This document shows, in pieces, positions 1 to 8,606 of a stretch of 14,985 bases of DNA. The notes below the pieces were generated by a model, which made no database searches, was not told the DNA's origin, and saw only the letters and a program-made list of their open reading frames with translations. This DNA is from Candidatus Dadabacteria bacterium. GTDB lineage: Bacteria > Desulfobacterota_D > UBA1144 > Nemesobacterales > CSP1-2. The translations under genes were made by a program, and so were the position numbers. Position 1 is the stretch's first letter; each line of letters starts with the position of its first letter. Location of the stretch: assembly GCA_040289575.1 (NCBI GenBank), contig PSLL01000001.1:166477-181461 (forward strand). Direction: 5' to 3'.

Positions 1-2
1 AT

Positions 3-512
3 CTGCGCGTTATGAATAACCCTAATCTTACAGAGGCGATTTGTGCGGATTTTTATAAGAATGAGTTTGAGGATAATTATTTTGATATTATTTTCGCCAA
101 TAATGTAGCAGAGCATATAGAGAACCCAGAGGTGTTTTTATCTGAGGTAAAGAGAATCCTTAAGCCCTCGGGGTATTTCTTCTTTAAGACCCCGAACCGA
201 TGGCACTATGTGCCTATGGTTGCGAGGGTAACCCCTTACTGGTTCCATGTGCTTTATTGTTGGCTACGAGGCAGGGCGACCGAAGATACCTTTCCTACAT
301 ATTACCGAATGAATTCTTACAGTACTGTTAGGAAGCTAAGTGAGCTTTTAAACTTTGATTTTGAAATCAGGATGTTTGAGGCACGTCCCGAGTACTTGAT
401 TTTCGATCCAATAACCTTCCTGATAGGGGTGGGCTATGAGAGACTGGTAAATAGATTTAAATTCCTTAATAGGTTTAGAGTCGTGATGATGGTGAAAGTA
501 AGGTTTAGGTAA
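3..512 (+). CDS. Class I SAM-dependent methyltransferase (Methyltransf_11-like), 5'-truncated by the window edge
   Basis: Frame is open upstream of ATG 12 to the window edge (CTG CGC GTT ATG). Contains FDIIFANNVAEHIENP and EVKRILKPSGYFFFKTPN, the typical post-motif-I methyltransferase segments. The glycine-rich motif I is absent, consistent with truncation. Confidence 0.85.
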   Translation: MRVMNNPNLTEAICADFYKNEFEDNYFDIIFANNVAEHIENPEVFLSEVKRILKPSGYFFFKTPNRWHYVPMVARVTPYWFHVLYCWLRGRATEDTFPTYYRMNSYSTVRKLSELLNFDFEIRMFEARPEYLIFDPITFLIGVGYERLVNRFKFLNRFRVVMMVKVRFR

Positions 513-518
513 AAATAC

Positions 519-1649
519 ATGGATAAGAATTTTAAGAAAAAAGGCGTACTTATACTTATAGACACACTGGAGTCGGCGGGGGCTGAAAATGTTGCAGTAA
601 ATATCGCTACTCAACTGAAGGACTCTGATGAGTTCAGACCAGTAGTTTGTTCTACTAGATGGGGTGGAGTTTTAGAGGAGGTATTAAGAGGTAATAATAT
701 AAGATATATACTACTCAAGCGGAGACGATCATACGAGGCTTATAGGTTTTTCTCTTTAAGGAAAATCATCGGTGAGGAAAACATACAGATAATTCATGCT
801 CATAAATTGGGGTCAAATCTCTGGGGTGCCCTATTTGGGAGACTTTATAATATCCCTGTAATTGCCCATTGTCATGCTCAAACCTATAGCTGGAGTAGTT
901 TATTGGCCGACAAAATAATTGAGAAACTATCTTATACAATAGTAAGTATTTCGGAGTATGAAAGACGCAGGTTGATAAAAGAAGAAAGGATTTCGCCTTC
1001 TAATATAGTAACAATCTATAATGGGATTGAATCTTATAATTATAAGACCAAACCTAATTTAGATATAAAAAGACAACTGGGTATAAGGATGGACTCACCG
1101 GTTGTAGGTATTATTGCTGTGTTTAGACCACAGAAGAATCATGAGTTATTTCTACAGGCTGCTCAAGAGGTTCTAAAACGGAATAAAAACATCTGTTTTC
1201 TCCTAGTAGGTGATGGACCCACAAGGAAGAGGGTAGAGGAGCTGGCAGCGAAATTGGGAATCGCAAAGAGTTGTGTCTTTACAGGCTCTAGAAAGGACAT
1301 TCCCGATATCCTTTCGATAATTGATATTGGCGTGCTTTCTTCGCATTGGGAGGGATTACCTTTGGCTGTGCTTGAGTATATGGCATCATCTAAACCTATT
1401 GTTGCCACAGGGGTAGGGGGGGTTCCGGAGGCGATTCAAGACGGAATAAACGGTTTTTTGGTTCCGGCTGGTGATTTCAAGATGATGGCACAGAGGATTA
1501 ATCTCTTAATTGACAATAGGGAGTTGGCTCTAGAAATGGGAAGAAAAGGGCTCTTAATCTTGAGAAGAGATTTTACGTTGGATTCTATGATGAGGAAAAT
1601 CGAGGACTTGTATACCTATGTTCTTAGATTTAAAGAATCTCCCCATTGA
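519..1649 (+). CDS. Glycosyltransferase family 4 (GT-B fold)
   Basis: 376 aa. N-terminal DTLESAGAE, IIHAH, TIYNGI, FRPQKNH, LVGDGP and the GT4 E-x7-E motif SSHWEGLPLAVLEYMA, followed by PIVATGVGGVPEAIQDGINGFLV. Confidence 0.93.
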   Translation: MDKNFKKKGVLILIDTLESAGAENVAVNIATQLKDSDEFRPVVCSTRWGGVLEEVLRGNNIRYILLKRRRSYEAYRFFSLRKIIGEENIQIIHAHKLGSNLWGALFGRLYNIPVIAHCHAQTYSWSSLLADKIIEKLSYTIVSISEYERRRLIKEERISPSNIVTIYNGIESYNYKTKPNLDIKRQLGIRMDSPVVGIIAVFRPQKNHELFLQAAQEVLKRNKNICFLLVGDGPTRKRVEELAAKLGIAKSCVFTGSRKDIPDILSIIDIGVLSSHWEGLPLAVLEYMASSKPIVATGVGGVPEAIQDGINGFLVPAGDFKMMAQRINLLIDNRELALEMGRKGLLILRRDFTLDSMMRKIEDLYTYVLRFKESPH

Positions 1650-1655
1650 AGTGGG

Positions 1656-1695
1656 ATGTACTTTCTAATCGATTCATTAATTCTAGAGAGTACAT
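1656..1695 (+). other. Intergenic stem-loop (12-bp stem with one G.U pair)
   Basis: ATGTACTTTCTA (1656-1667) pairs with TAGAGAGTACAT (1684-1695) around a 16-nt loop. It is immediately followed by the SD-like AAGGGGG of the next gene. Confidence 0.55.
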
Positions 1696-1713
1696 AAGGG
1701 GGATAGAAACTAA

Positions 1714-2805
1714 GTGGTGCTTTTGATTGGTGCTTACCCCCCTCCTTATGGGGGTAACTCAATTCATATTCAGAGACTCCATCAGTTATGCAAGGTTAAG
1801 GGTATGGATTGTGTTGTACTAAATCCTTATAGAAGTCCCTCTAATCTTGATGAGGAAGGTGTATTTAAATTTAGAGGTAACGCTGTATTTAGGATATTAA
1901 ATCTGATAATTAGCCTTAGGAGATTCAGCATGGTCCGATACCGAATAGTACACATTCATGTTACAGCACTAGAGAAATTCCGATACGTGGGAATACCAAT
2001 CCTTCTTGTTTGCCGTAGCTTCAAAAAGGTCTTGACGATTCATGGAGGAGACTTTATCGAAGTATATGGAAAAAGTAATTTCTTAAGAAGAAGACTGATC
2101 CGATACCTGGTTAGTAAATTTGACAAGATTATAACGGTTAATAATAAACAGAAGGAACTCCTCATCGCTAAGTTTGGAATCGCGCCTCAGAAGATAATAA
2201 TGATTCCTGCATTTCTACCTCCTTTGCCTGATGGAAATTTTACACTCTCTGAGAATACTGATCTAATTGTTGAAGTCACAAAATTAAAGTCTAAATTTGA
2301 CAAGCTGGGTCTGGTAGCGGGCTATATTCTTCCAATTTATGGGTTTCACGATGTATTAGATGCCCTTATTTCAGTCAGGAAACTGGGAGTAAAGTTAGGT
2401 TTAATCTTCGTATTTTATACGGAATCGGACAGAAAATACGAATCTCAACTAATCGAGAGGGTAAATGAAATCCCTGGTGTTTTGATCTTAAGGGATATAA
2501 AACCCGAGGCTTTTATTGAGGTGCTAAGGTATTGTGATGTATTCATTAGACCCACTTATCTAGATGGGGATTCTATTGCCCTTCGAGAGGCTATATATTT
2601 AGGAAAGCAGGTCATAGCCAGTGATTGTGTTGAGCGTCCGGATGGGTGTGTTTTATTCAAATTAGGAGACCCAGATGATTTGGCGAGGAAATTAGTTGAT
2701 GTAGCGCGTGATAAGAATTTGGGAATAGTCTCGAATGTAATGGTAGAGAATGGCGAAAGAATTTTAAATGTTTATAAAGAGCTTTCTGGAGAGTCTTGGA
2801 AGTGA
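1714..2805 (+). CDS. Glycosyltransferase family 4 (GT-B fold)
   Basis: 363 aa, GTG start preceded by an in-frame TAA and SD-like AAGGGGGA. Motifs GAYPPPYGGNSIH, IVHIH, TIHGG and FIRPTYLDGDSIALREA (D-x7-E variant of the GT4 motif). Confidence 0.9.
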   Translation: MVLLIGAYPPPYGGNSIHIQRLHQLCKVKGMDCVVLNPYRSPSNLDEEGVFKFRGNAVFRILNLIISLRRFSMVRYRIVHIHVTALEKFRYVGIPILLVCRSFKKVLTIHGGDFIEVYGKSNFLRRRLIRYLVSKFDKIITVNNKQKELLIAKFGIAPQKIIMIPAFLPPLPDGNFTLSENTDLIVEVTKLKSKFDKLGLVAGYILPIYGFHDVLDALISVRKLGVKLGLIFVFYTESDRKYESQLIERVNEIPGVLILRDIKPEAFIEVLRYCDVFIRPTYLDGDSIALREAIYLGKQVIASDCVERPDGCVLFKLGDPDDLARKLVDVARDKNLGIVSNVMVENGERILNVYKELSGESWK

Positions 2806-4978
2806 AACAAGTTATACAGAACTTAAAAGACGGTAAATTAGAGGTAGAAGAAATTCCTATTCCCGCCCTCCGTTCCGGTGGTGTGCTGGTTAAGAACGTG
2901 TGTTCTTTGGTAAGTGCTGGAACGGAGCGAATGCTGACCGAAATCGCAAAAAAAAGCCTTATAGGCAAGGCAAAGGAAAGGCCGGATTTAGTAAGACAGG
3001 TTATAGATAAGGTCAGAACCGATGGGTTAGTTACAACTATTCAAAAGGTTTTAAACCGCCTTGATGCTCCTATACCTCTTGGCTACAGCTCTTCAGGAGT
3101 AGTTGTAGCGGTTGGAGATGAGGTGAGAGAAAAATTTAAAATAGGAGACAGAGTAGCATGTGGGGGGAGTGGATATGCGAATCATGCAGACTATGTTTTT
3201 ATTCCCAAGAATCTTTGTGTTAAGATTCCTGAGGGGGTTGACTTCGAGAGCGCGGCATTTACGACCTTAGGTGCTATAGCCCTTCAAGGAGTAAGACAGG
3301 CTGATATAAGAATTGGAGAGATAGTAGCTGTTATAGGTCTGGGCTTAATTGGTCAGCTTACAGTTCAGATATTAAAAGCATCTGGATGTAGGGTTATAGG
3401 ATTCGATATAAATCCTGAAAGGGAAAATCTCGCCACTGAACTCGGAGTGGATATCATGAGATTTTCAATTTTAAGAAACAGACTGAGCTATTCTCTAGAG
3501 GAACTGGTGTAGATGCAGTGATAATAACAGCCTCGACTAAGAGCAGTGGGCCTGTAAGGCTTGCAGGAGAGGTAGCACGTGTGAGGGGCAGAGTCGTAAT
3601 AGTTGGAGATGTTAGAATAGATATTCCGAGAAAACTCTATTACGAGAAAGAACTCGATATTAGACTTTCTATGTCTTATGGCCCGGGTAGATATGATCCA
3701 TCGTATGAAGAAAAGGGAATTGATTACCCACTTCCCTATGTGCGCTGGACTGAAAAGAGGAATATGGAGGCTTTTTTAGACCTTATTAAAGAGAGAAATT
3801 TGGATGTTAAGCCTCTGATAACACATCGTTTTTCTATAGAGGACGCAAAAAGAGCCTATGAGCTCATTTCCGGAGAGAAAAAAGAACCCTACCTTGCAAT
3901 TTTATTGAATTATAATAATGATAATGAATCACAATCAGTGGATGTGGAAAAGATTTTCCTAAAGAAAGGTATCAATTCTTCTACTTCTGTTTCTGACCCA
4001 AAATGTATAGGATTTATTGGAGCCGGAGACTTTGCAAAGGGCGTTTTACTGCCGACTCTGAAGAATATTGGTGATCTGAGATTAAAGGGGATAGCGACGG
4101 CTACTGGCATGACGTCAAGGCACGCTGGAGAGAGGTTTGGATTTGAATACTGTACATCCGACTATAAAGAGATTATCAATGACCCAGAGATTGGTTGTGT
4201 GTTTATTGTCACTCGACATGACCTACATGCCAAGATTGCATCCGAGGCTTTAGAAAGCGGAAAGCATGTGTTCTTAGAAAAACCTCTTGCCCTTGGTGAA
4301 GAGGAACTTAGAGAATTGATTAAATCTAAGGAAAGGTCTCAGGGAAGCCTTATGGTTGGTTTTAATCGCCGATTTTCTTCTTTTTCTAAAGAAGCAAAGG
4401 CATTATTTGCGAAGAGGGTAAACCCGCTTATTGTAAACTACCGTGTTAATGCCGGTTTTATACCTAAGACTCACTGGAGCCAAGATATAAGAGAAGGGGG
4501 GGGGAGAATTATAGGTGAGATATGTCATTTTGTAGACCTTATACAATTTTTGATTGGAAGTCCGCCTGTAAGGGTATATGCCGAGGGTATATCACCTAGA
4601 ACCGATGACGTCTTAATATCGGATAACTTAGTTGTATGTATTAAGTTCGAAGATGGGTCAGTAGGCAACGTTACATACTCTGCCTTGGGAAGTAAAAGGA
4701 TTTCTAAGGAAAGAATAGAAATCTTTGGTGATAATTCAGTTCTTGTTATTGATGACTTTCGAGGTTCAGAGTGGGTGGGGAACAATAAGATAAAAAAGAA
4801 AAGAAAGTGGCTTGGACAGGATAAGGGACATAAAGCGGAAGTTAGAGCCTTTATTCAGGCCTTGCTTGAGAAGCAGCCATTGCCAATAGATTTTGGTGAA
4901 GCCATTATTACTACACTTACAACCTTTAAGATAGTCGAATCTCTTTATAAGGGTATGCCAGTCAATATATGTCCTTAA
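2802..4978 (+). pseudogene. Bi-domain oxidoreductase (N-terminal MDR/Zn-ADH-like + C-terminal Gfo/Idh/MocA), interrupted by a -1 frameshift at about 3452-3490 (real lesion or sequence error)
   Basis: Likely start is GTG 2802 (GTGA overlap with the upstream stop, GGAGAG SD), giving MKQVIQN. The first ORF has GYSSSGVV, GDRVACGG and GLGLIGQ. The frame of ORF 3518 is open from 3440 and reads EIFNFKKQTELFSRGTGVDAVIITAST, continuing the MDR domain. The C-terminal domain has GFIGAGDFAKGVLLP, EKPL, GFNRRF and GGGRIIGE. Joined length is about 725 aa. Confidence 0.85.
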
Positions 4979-5000
4979 ATTAAAATAAATCAAAGTTATG

Positions 5001-5014
5001 GTGATAAGTATCAC
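5001..5014. promoter_or_regulatory. Palindromic putative operator GTGATA-AG-TATCAC (CRP/FNR-like GTGA-N6-TCAC core)
   Basis: Perfect 6-2-6 inverted repeat in a 56-bp AT-rich intergenic gap, ending 6 nt before the AGGAG SD (5021-5025) of the amidotransferase. Confidence 0.4.
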
Positions 5015-5034
5015 TAATTTAGGAGCGCAATTAA

Positions 5035-6978
5035 ATGTGCGGTATTGCCGGCGTTGTAAATTGGGGCAATAGCGAGGTGCTTGATCGTATGACAGACATT
5101 CAGGCTCACCGGGGCCCGGATGATGCAGGTTTGTGGGAACATCTCTTTCCCGATGGTACATATGTAGGTCTAGGCTCGCGGCGACTCGCTATTCTTGATC
5201 TCTCTTCTAGTGGGCATATGCCAATGACAAACGAAGATGGGACTATCTGGATCACTTATAACGGTGAGATTTATAACTTTTCCGAACTCCGTCAAGAGCT
5301 TGTGGCTAAAGGACACACCTTTCGTTCTAATACTGATACAGAAGTTATCGTTCATCTTTACGAAGAGGAGGGAACAGAGTGCGTCAGACGTCTAAACGGC
5401 ATGTTCGCCTTCGCAATTTGCGATCTCCGTTCCTCAACGTTATTTCTTGCCCGGGATCACTTCGGTATCAAGCCTTTATATTACGCGCATCGGGGTCGCC
5501 GCTTTGCCTTTGCTTCTGAGGTCAAGGGATTACTTGAGTTGCCAGAAATTCGGGCTGAATTAGACCTGGAGGCTCTGCATCAATACATGACATTCCTTTG
5601 GGTTCCAGATCCACAGACGATGTTTCGAGATATATATAAATTGCCGGCCGGTCACTACGCCGTTTTCAAGGATGGTAATCTGCGCCTTGTCCAATACTGG
5701 AATCTGACTTTCCCACCGGACAGCGCCGATTACACATACACTGAGGCTGAACTCGTAGAGGAAATTCGAGAGCGAATCTCCTGCTCCATTCGAGCCCAGA
5801 TGATAAGCGATGTCCCTCTTGGTGCCTTCCTCAGCGCTGGCTTAGATTCCAGCAGTATCGTGGCTATTATGGCTCAGGCTGCCAGTGAACCGGTTCGAAC
5901 ATACACTATTGCCTTTCCGTCGAATTATCGAATCGGTGAGACAACACTGGACGACTCTGGTGTAGCTTCTCGAACAGCTCGGCAATTCGGCTGCGATCAT
6001 CACGAAATCGTCGTTGAACCAAAGGTAGCTGAGTTGATTCCAAAGTTGGTATGGCATATGGACGAACCTACAGCCGATCCAGCAATTATTACTGCCTACC
6101 TGGTCTGTCAGGAGGCCCGTCGAACAGTGACAGTTCTTCTATCAGGTGTTGGTGGTGACGAACTATTTGCTGGCTATCGTAAGTACTACGCCTACTACTG
6201 GGCTCAGGTCTATAAGCGACTTCCGGGACCGCTACGTCAGTTTTTCATTGAACCTGTTGTCTTAGGTCTTCCTTCACTGCGGGGAACGTCCTTTAAAGGT
6301 ATGGTGCGTCTAGCTAAAAAGATGGTTCGCAGCGCGTCTCTGTTGCCTCAGGATGCTTTTCTTATGAACTGTACTTATCTTGATGAAACCCAGAAAACTC
6401 GCCTTTACTCATCGGATTTGAGAACAAGACTAAATGGAAAAGACCCTTGGCAGAAGCATAGAGCCTATTTCGACCATGTAAATCACGCCGACTTCCTCAA
6501 TCAGATGCTCTATTTAGATATCAAAACCTTTATGGTTAGTCTAAGCCTAACCTATAATGACAAGATGAGTATGGCTTCATCTGTTGAGGTAAGGGTACCT
6601 TTCTTGAACCGGGAATTGGCGGAATTTGTTGCCTGGAATGTACCGCCGCATTTGAAATTAAATGGCTTTCTGCGTCCGACGACTAAATACATCTTTCGCA
6701 AAGCGATGCAGGGCATCTTACCAGATGAGGTCTTGCGCCAGCCTAAGGCTGGGTTTGGGGCACCGGTTGACCACTGGCTGGCCTATGATCTAAGGGAGAT
6801 GGTAGACGATTTGCTTTCGGAAGACCGGATTCAAAGGCGTGGCTATTTTCAACCCGGTGCTGTACGCCAAATGATTGAAGAACACCGTAGCGGCCGCCAG
6901 GACTGGTCTATGCAAATCTGGCAACTGCTTACTCTAGAAATCTGGTTAGAGACATTCATAGCTGTAGGGAACTCTTGA
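5035..6978 (+). CDS. asnB: Asparagine synthase (glutamine-hydrolysing) family Ntn amidotransferase; in this context probably a polysaccharide uronamide-forming amidotransferase
   Basis: 647 aa. N-terminal nucleophile MCGIAG, HRGPDD, YNGEIYN, ARDHFGIKPLYY, PP-loop FLSAGLDSS, SGVGGDELFAGY and SVEVRVPFL. AGGAG SD at 5021. Confidence 0.95.
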   Translation: MCGIAGVVNWGNSEVLDRMTDIQAHRGPDDAGLWEHLFPDGTYVGLGSRRLAILDLSSSGHMPMTNEDGTIWITYNGEIYNFSELRQELVAKGHTFRSNTDTEVIVHLYEEEGTECVRRLNGMFAFAICDLRSSTLFLARDHFGIKPLYYAHRGRRFAFASEVKGLLELPEIRAELDLEALHQYMTFLWVPDPQTMFRDIYKLPAGHYAVFKDGNLRLVQYWNLTFPPDSADYTYTEAELVEEIRERISCSIRAQMISDVPLGAFLSAGLDSSSIVAIMAQAASEPVRTYTIAFPSNYRIGETTLDDSGVASRTARQFGCDHHEIVVEPKVAELIPKLVWHMDEPTADPAIITAYLVCQEARRTVTVLLSGVGGDELFAGYRKYYAYYWAQVYKRLPGPLRQFFIEPVVLGLPSLRGTSFKGMVRLAKKMVRSASLLPQDAFLMNCTYLDETQKTRLYSSDLRTRLNGKDPWQKHRAYFDHVNHADFLNQMLYLDIKTFMVSLSLTYNDKMSMASSVEVRVPFLNRELAEFVAWNVPPHLKLNGFLRPTTKYIFRKAMQGILPDEVLRQPKAGFGAPVDHWLAYDLREMVDDLLSEDRIQRRGYFQPGAVRQMIEEHRSGRQDWSMQIWQLLTLEIWLETFIAVGNS

Positions 6979-8435
6979 GAAAACGAAGATTTATTCTCGT
7001 AATAGTCATAGCAGTCTTGGTCAGAGCGGGATTTATGTTGTGGTCTTGGTCTGGTCATTACTATGCAATTCCGAATGCAACATTGGTTGCGTCATACCTT
7101 AAGGATGGTTATTCAATCGCTGCTGGATATGGTTACACTACGGCTGATGTAGATACACCTGCTGAGAGATACTTAGACCATTTGTATGAACGCGTCAATT
7201 CAGAAAATATTCGCTTGACTCCCGAGATGGCGGGCTCTTTACCGGCGGAAGGTGCTCGCCCACAAATGTTGCATCCACCAGGAATGGCAGTTTTAGTTGC
7301 GGGTATTAACCGTTTTCTTGGTATACGTGCTGATGAACCGCTTCAATTTATAGGTATTTTATTTGATTCAATTGCAGCGGTTCTTGTTTACTGGGTTGTT
7401 GGTAATTTCTTGGGCGAAAAGGTCGGTTTTGTCGTAGGCTTAGTCTATGCTCTATTTTTTCCACTCGCATGGGCGTCTGTTTCCAAGACACCTGAAGGAC
7501 TGCTTAGTTTATTTATCGTAGCGAGCCTAGTGTCCATAATGCAAGCTAGTCGTTCTCAAAACCCATGGTTATGGTATGTGACATGTGGTCTTATTATAGG
7601 AATTGGAAGCTATATGCGCCCGGATTATATATTTATGCCCTTATTTATGGTTCTTGGTCTATGGGCATATACACGTCATCTTATCCATTCAATAAAAGCA
7701 ATGATCCTAGCTCAATTTGTAGTTTTACTAGTACTTCTTCCCTGGGCATATCGTAATCACACGTTATGCGGTCGGTGGATATTTACCTCAACTAGTGTGG
7801 GAGGTACACTGATTAGTGGACTCGGTGAGTTCAGTAACGCCTGGGGAATTGGTGGTCTAGATGAGGATCGGGCTAGAGAAGCTGCCGCTCAAGGGCTAGC
7901 GACACCTTGGGATTCTGATGCCGATTTGTATTTCAGGGGTATGTTCTGGCAACGTGTCCGACAGAATCCTCGTGCCTATATATTGACTGTAATTAAGCGT
8001 CTACCTTTGGCTTTGGCAACGCCTTATGGATTTGGATATTCTAATCCCTATAGAGTACGCAGTTTCACTCAAATTATGCAGCAATCTGGAGAGGATAGGT
8101 ATCAAATCATCAAAACTCATCCGTTGTATGTTCTTATGGCGTACTGGGATTACATGGCCATGAGTGGCTTTACCCTGTGCTGTGTAGTCTGTGTTGTAGT
8201 TTTCTCTATCAAGGAACGATACCGATGGGGTCTTGTATTGTTGTTGGTTTGTCCACATCTTTACTCAATTATGTCTCATCTCCTAACACATCTGGAGCCT
8301 AGGTTCCTCTTACCGAGCGTGTTCTGTTGGCTAATTGGATTTGGCTATGTTTTAGTTCGGGGCTGGCGCAATCTCAACTTGATAGACATTAATCAATTTC
8401 CCAAAGTAAGTTTCAATTCGAAGATGTATATTTGA
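6975..8435 (+). CDS. Polytopic membrane protein, GT-C-fold (ArnT/PMT_2, GT39/83-like) glycosyltransferase
   Basis: 486 aa, TTG start overlapping the asnB stop (TTGA) with AGGGA SD. Many hydrophobic segments plus HPPG, TPEGL, YMRP, LPWAYRN and C-terminal EPRFLLP, the pattern seen in ArnT/PMT-like proteins. Confidence 0.65.
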   Translation: MRKRRFILVIVIAVLVRAGFMLWSWSGHYYAIPNATLVASYLKDGYSIAAGYGYTTADVDTPAERYLDHLYERVNSENIRLTPEMAGSLPAEGARPQMLHPPGMAVLVAGINRFLGIRADEPLQFIGILFDSIAAVLVYWVVGNFLGEKVGFVVGLVYALFFPLAWASVSKTPEGLLSLFIVASLVSIMQASRSQNPWLWYVTCGLIIGIGSYMRPDYIFMPLFMVLGLWAYTRHLIHSIKAMILAQFVVLLVLLPWAYRNHTLCGRWIFTSTSVGGTLISGLGEFSNAWGIGGLDEDRAREAAAQGLATPWDSDADLYFRGMFWQRVRQNPRAYILTVIKRLPLALATPYGFGYSNPYRVRSFTQIMQQSGEDRYQIIKTHPLYVLMAYWDYMAMSGFTLCCVVCVVVFSIKERYRWGLVLLLVCPHLYSIMSHLLTHLEPRFLLPSVFCWLIGFGYVLVRGWRNLNLIDINQFPKVSFNSKMYI

Positions 8436-8606
8436 AAGTTAATGAATATAAGCCTAAAGTTTTATTCATCTTCTGATTTACAAACTATTGTTAACAAAGA
8501 TTCTAACCAAAGTCCGATTGATTATTAACAATAAAAACACAGATTATTTATTAAATATAAATCTTCACTAATTACTATTTTAAGAGGATTAGTAGAGATA
8601 CAAGTA

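Noticed and set aside
2796..2801. TTG 2796 as the oxidoreductase start
   Set aside because: GTG 2802 has better SD spacing, forms a GTGA overlap with the upstream stop and gives a family-typical MKQV start.
3421..3427. GGGAAAA as a programmed -1 frameshift heptamer
   Set aside because: It is not in the required phase of the upstream ORF, and the -1 frame hits TGA at 3437-3439 right after it.
5035..6978. asnB as a lasso-peptide cyclase or housekeeping asparagine synthetase
   Set aside because: It has an intact N-terminal Cys glutaminase domain, no precursor peptide or B protein nearby, and a polysaccharide-cluster context that favours sugar amidation.
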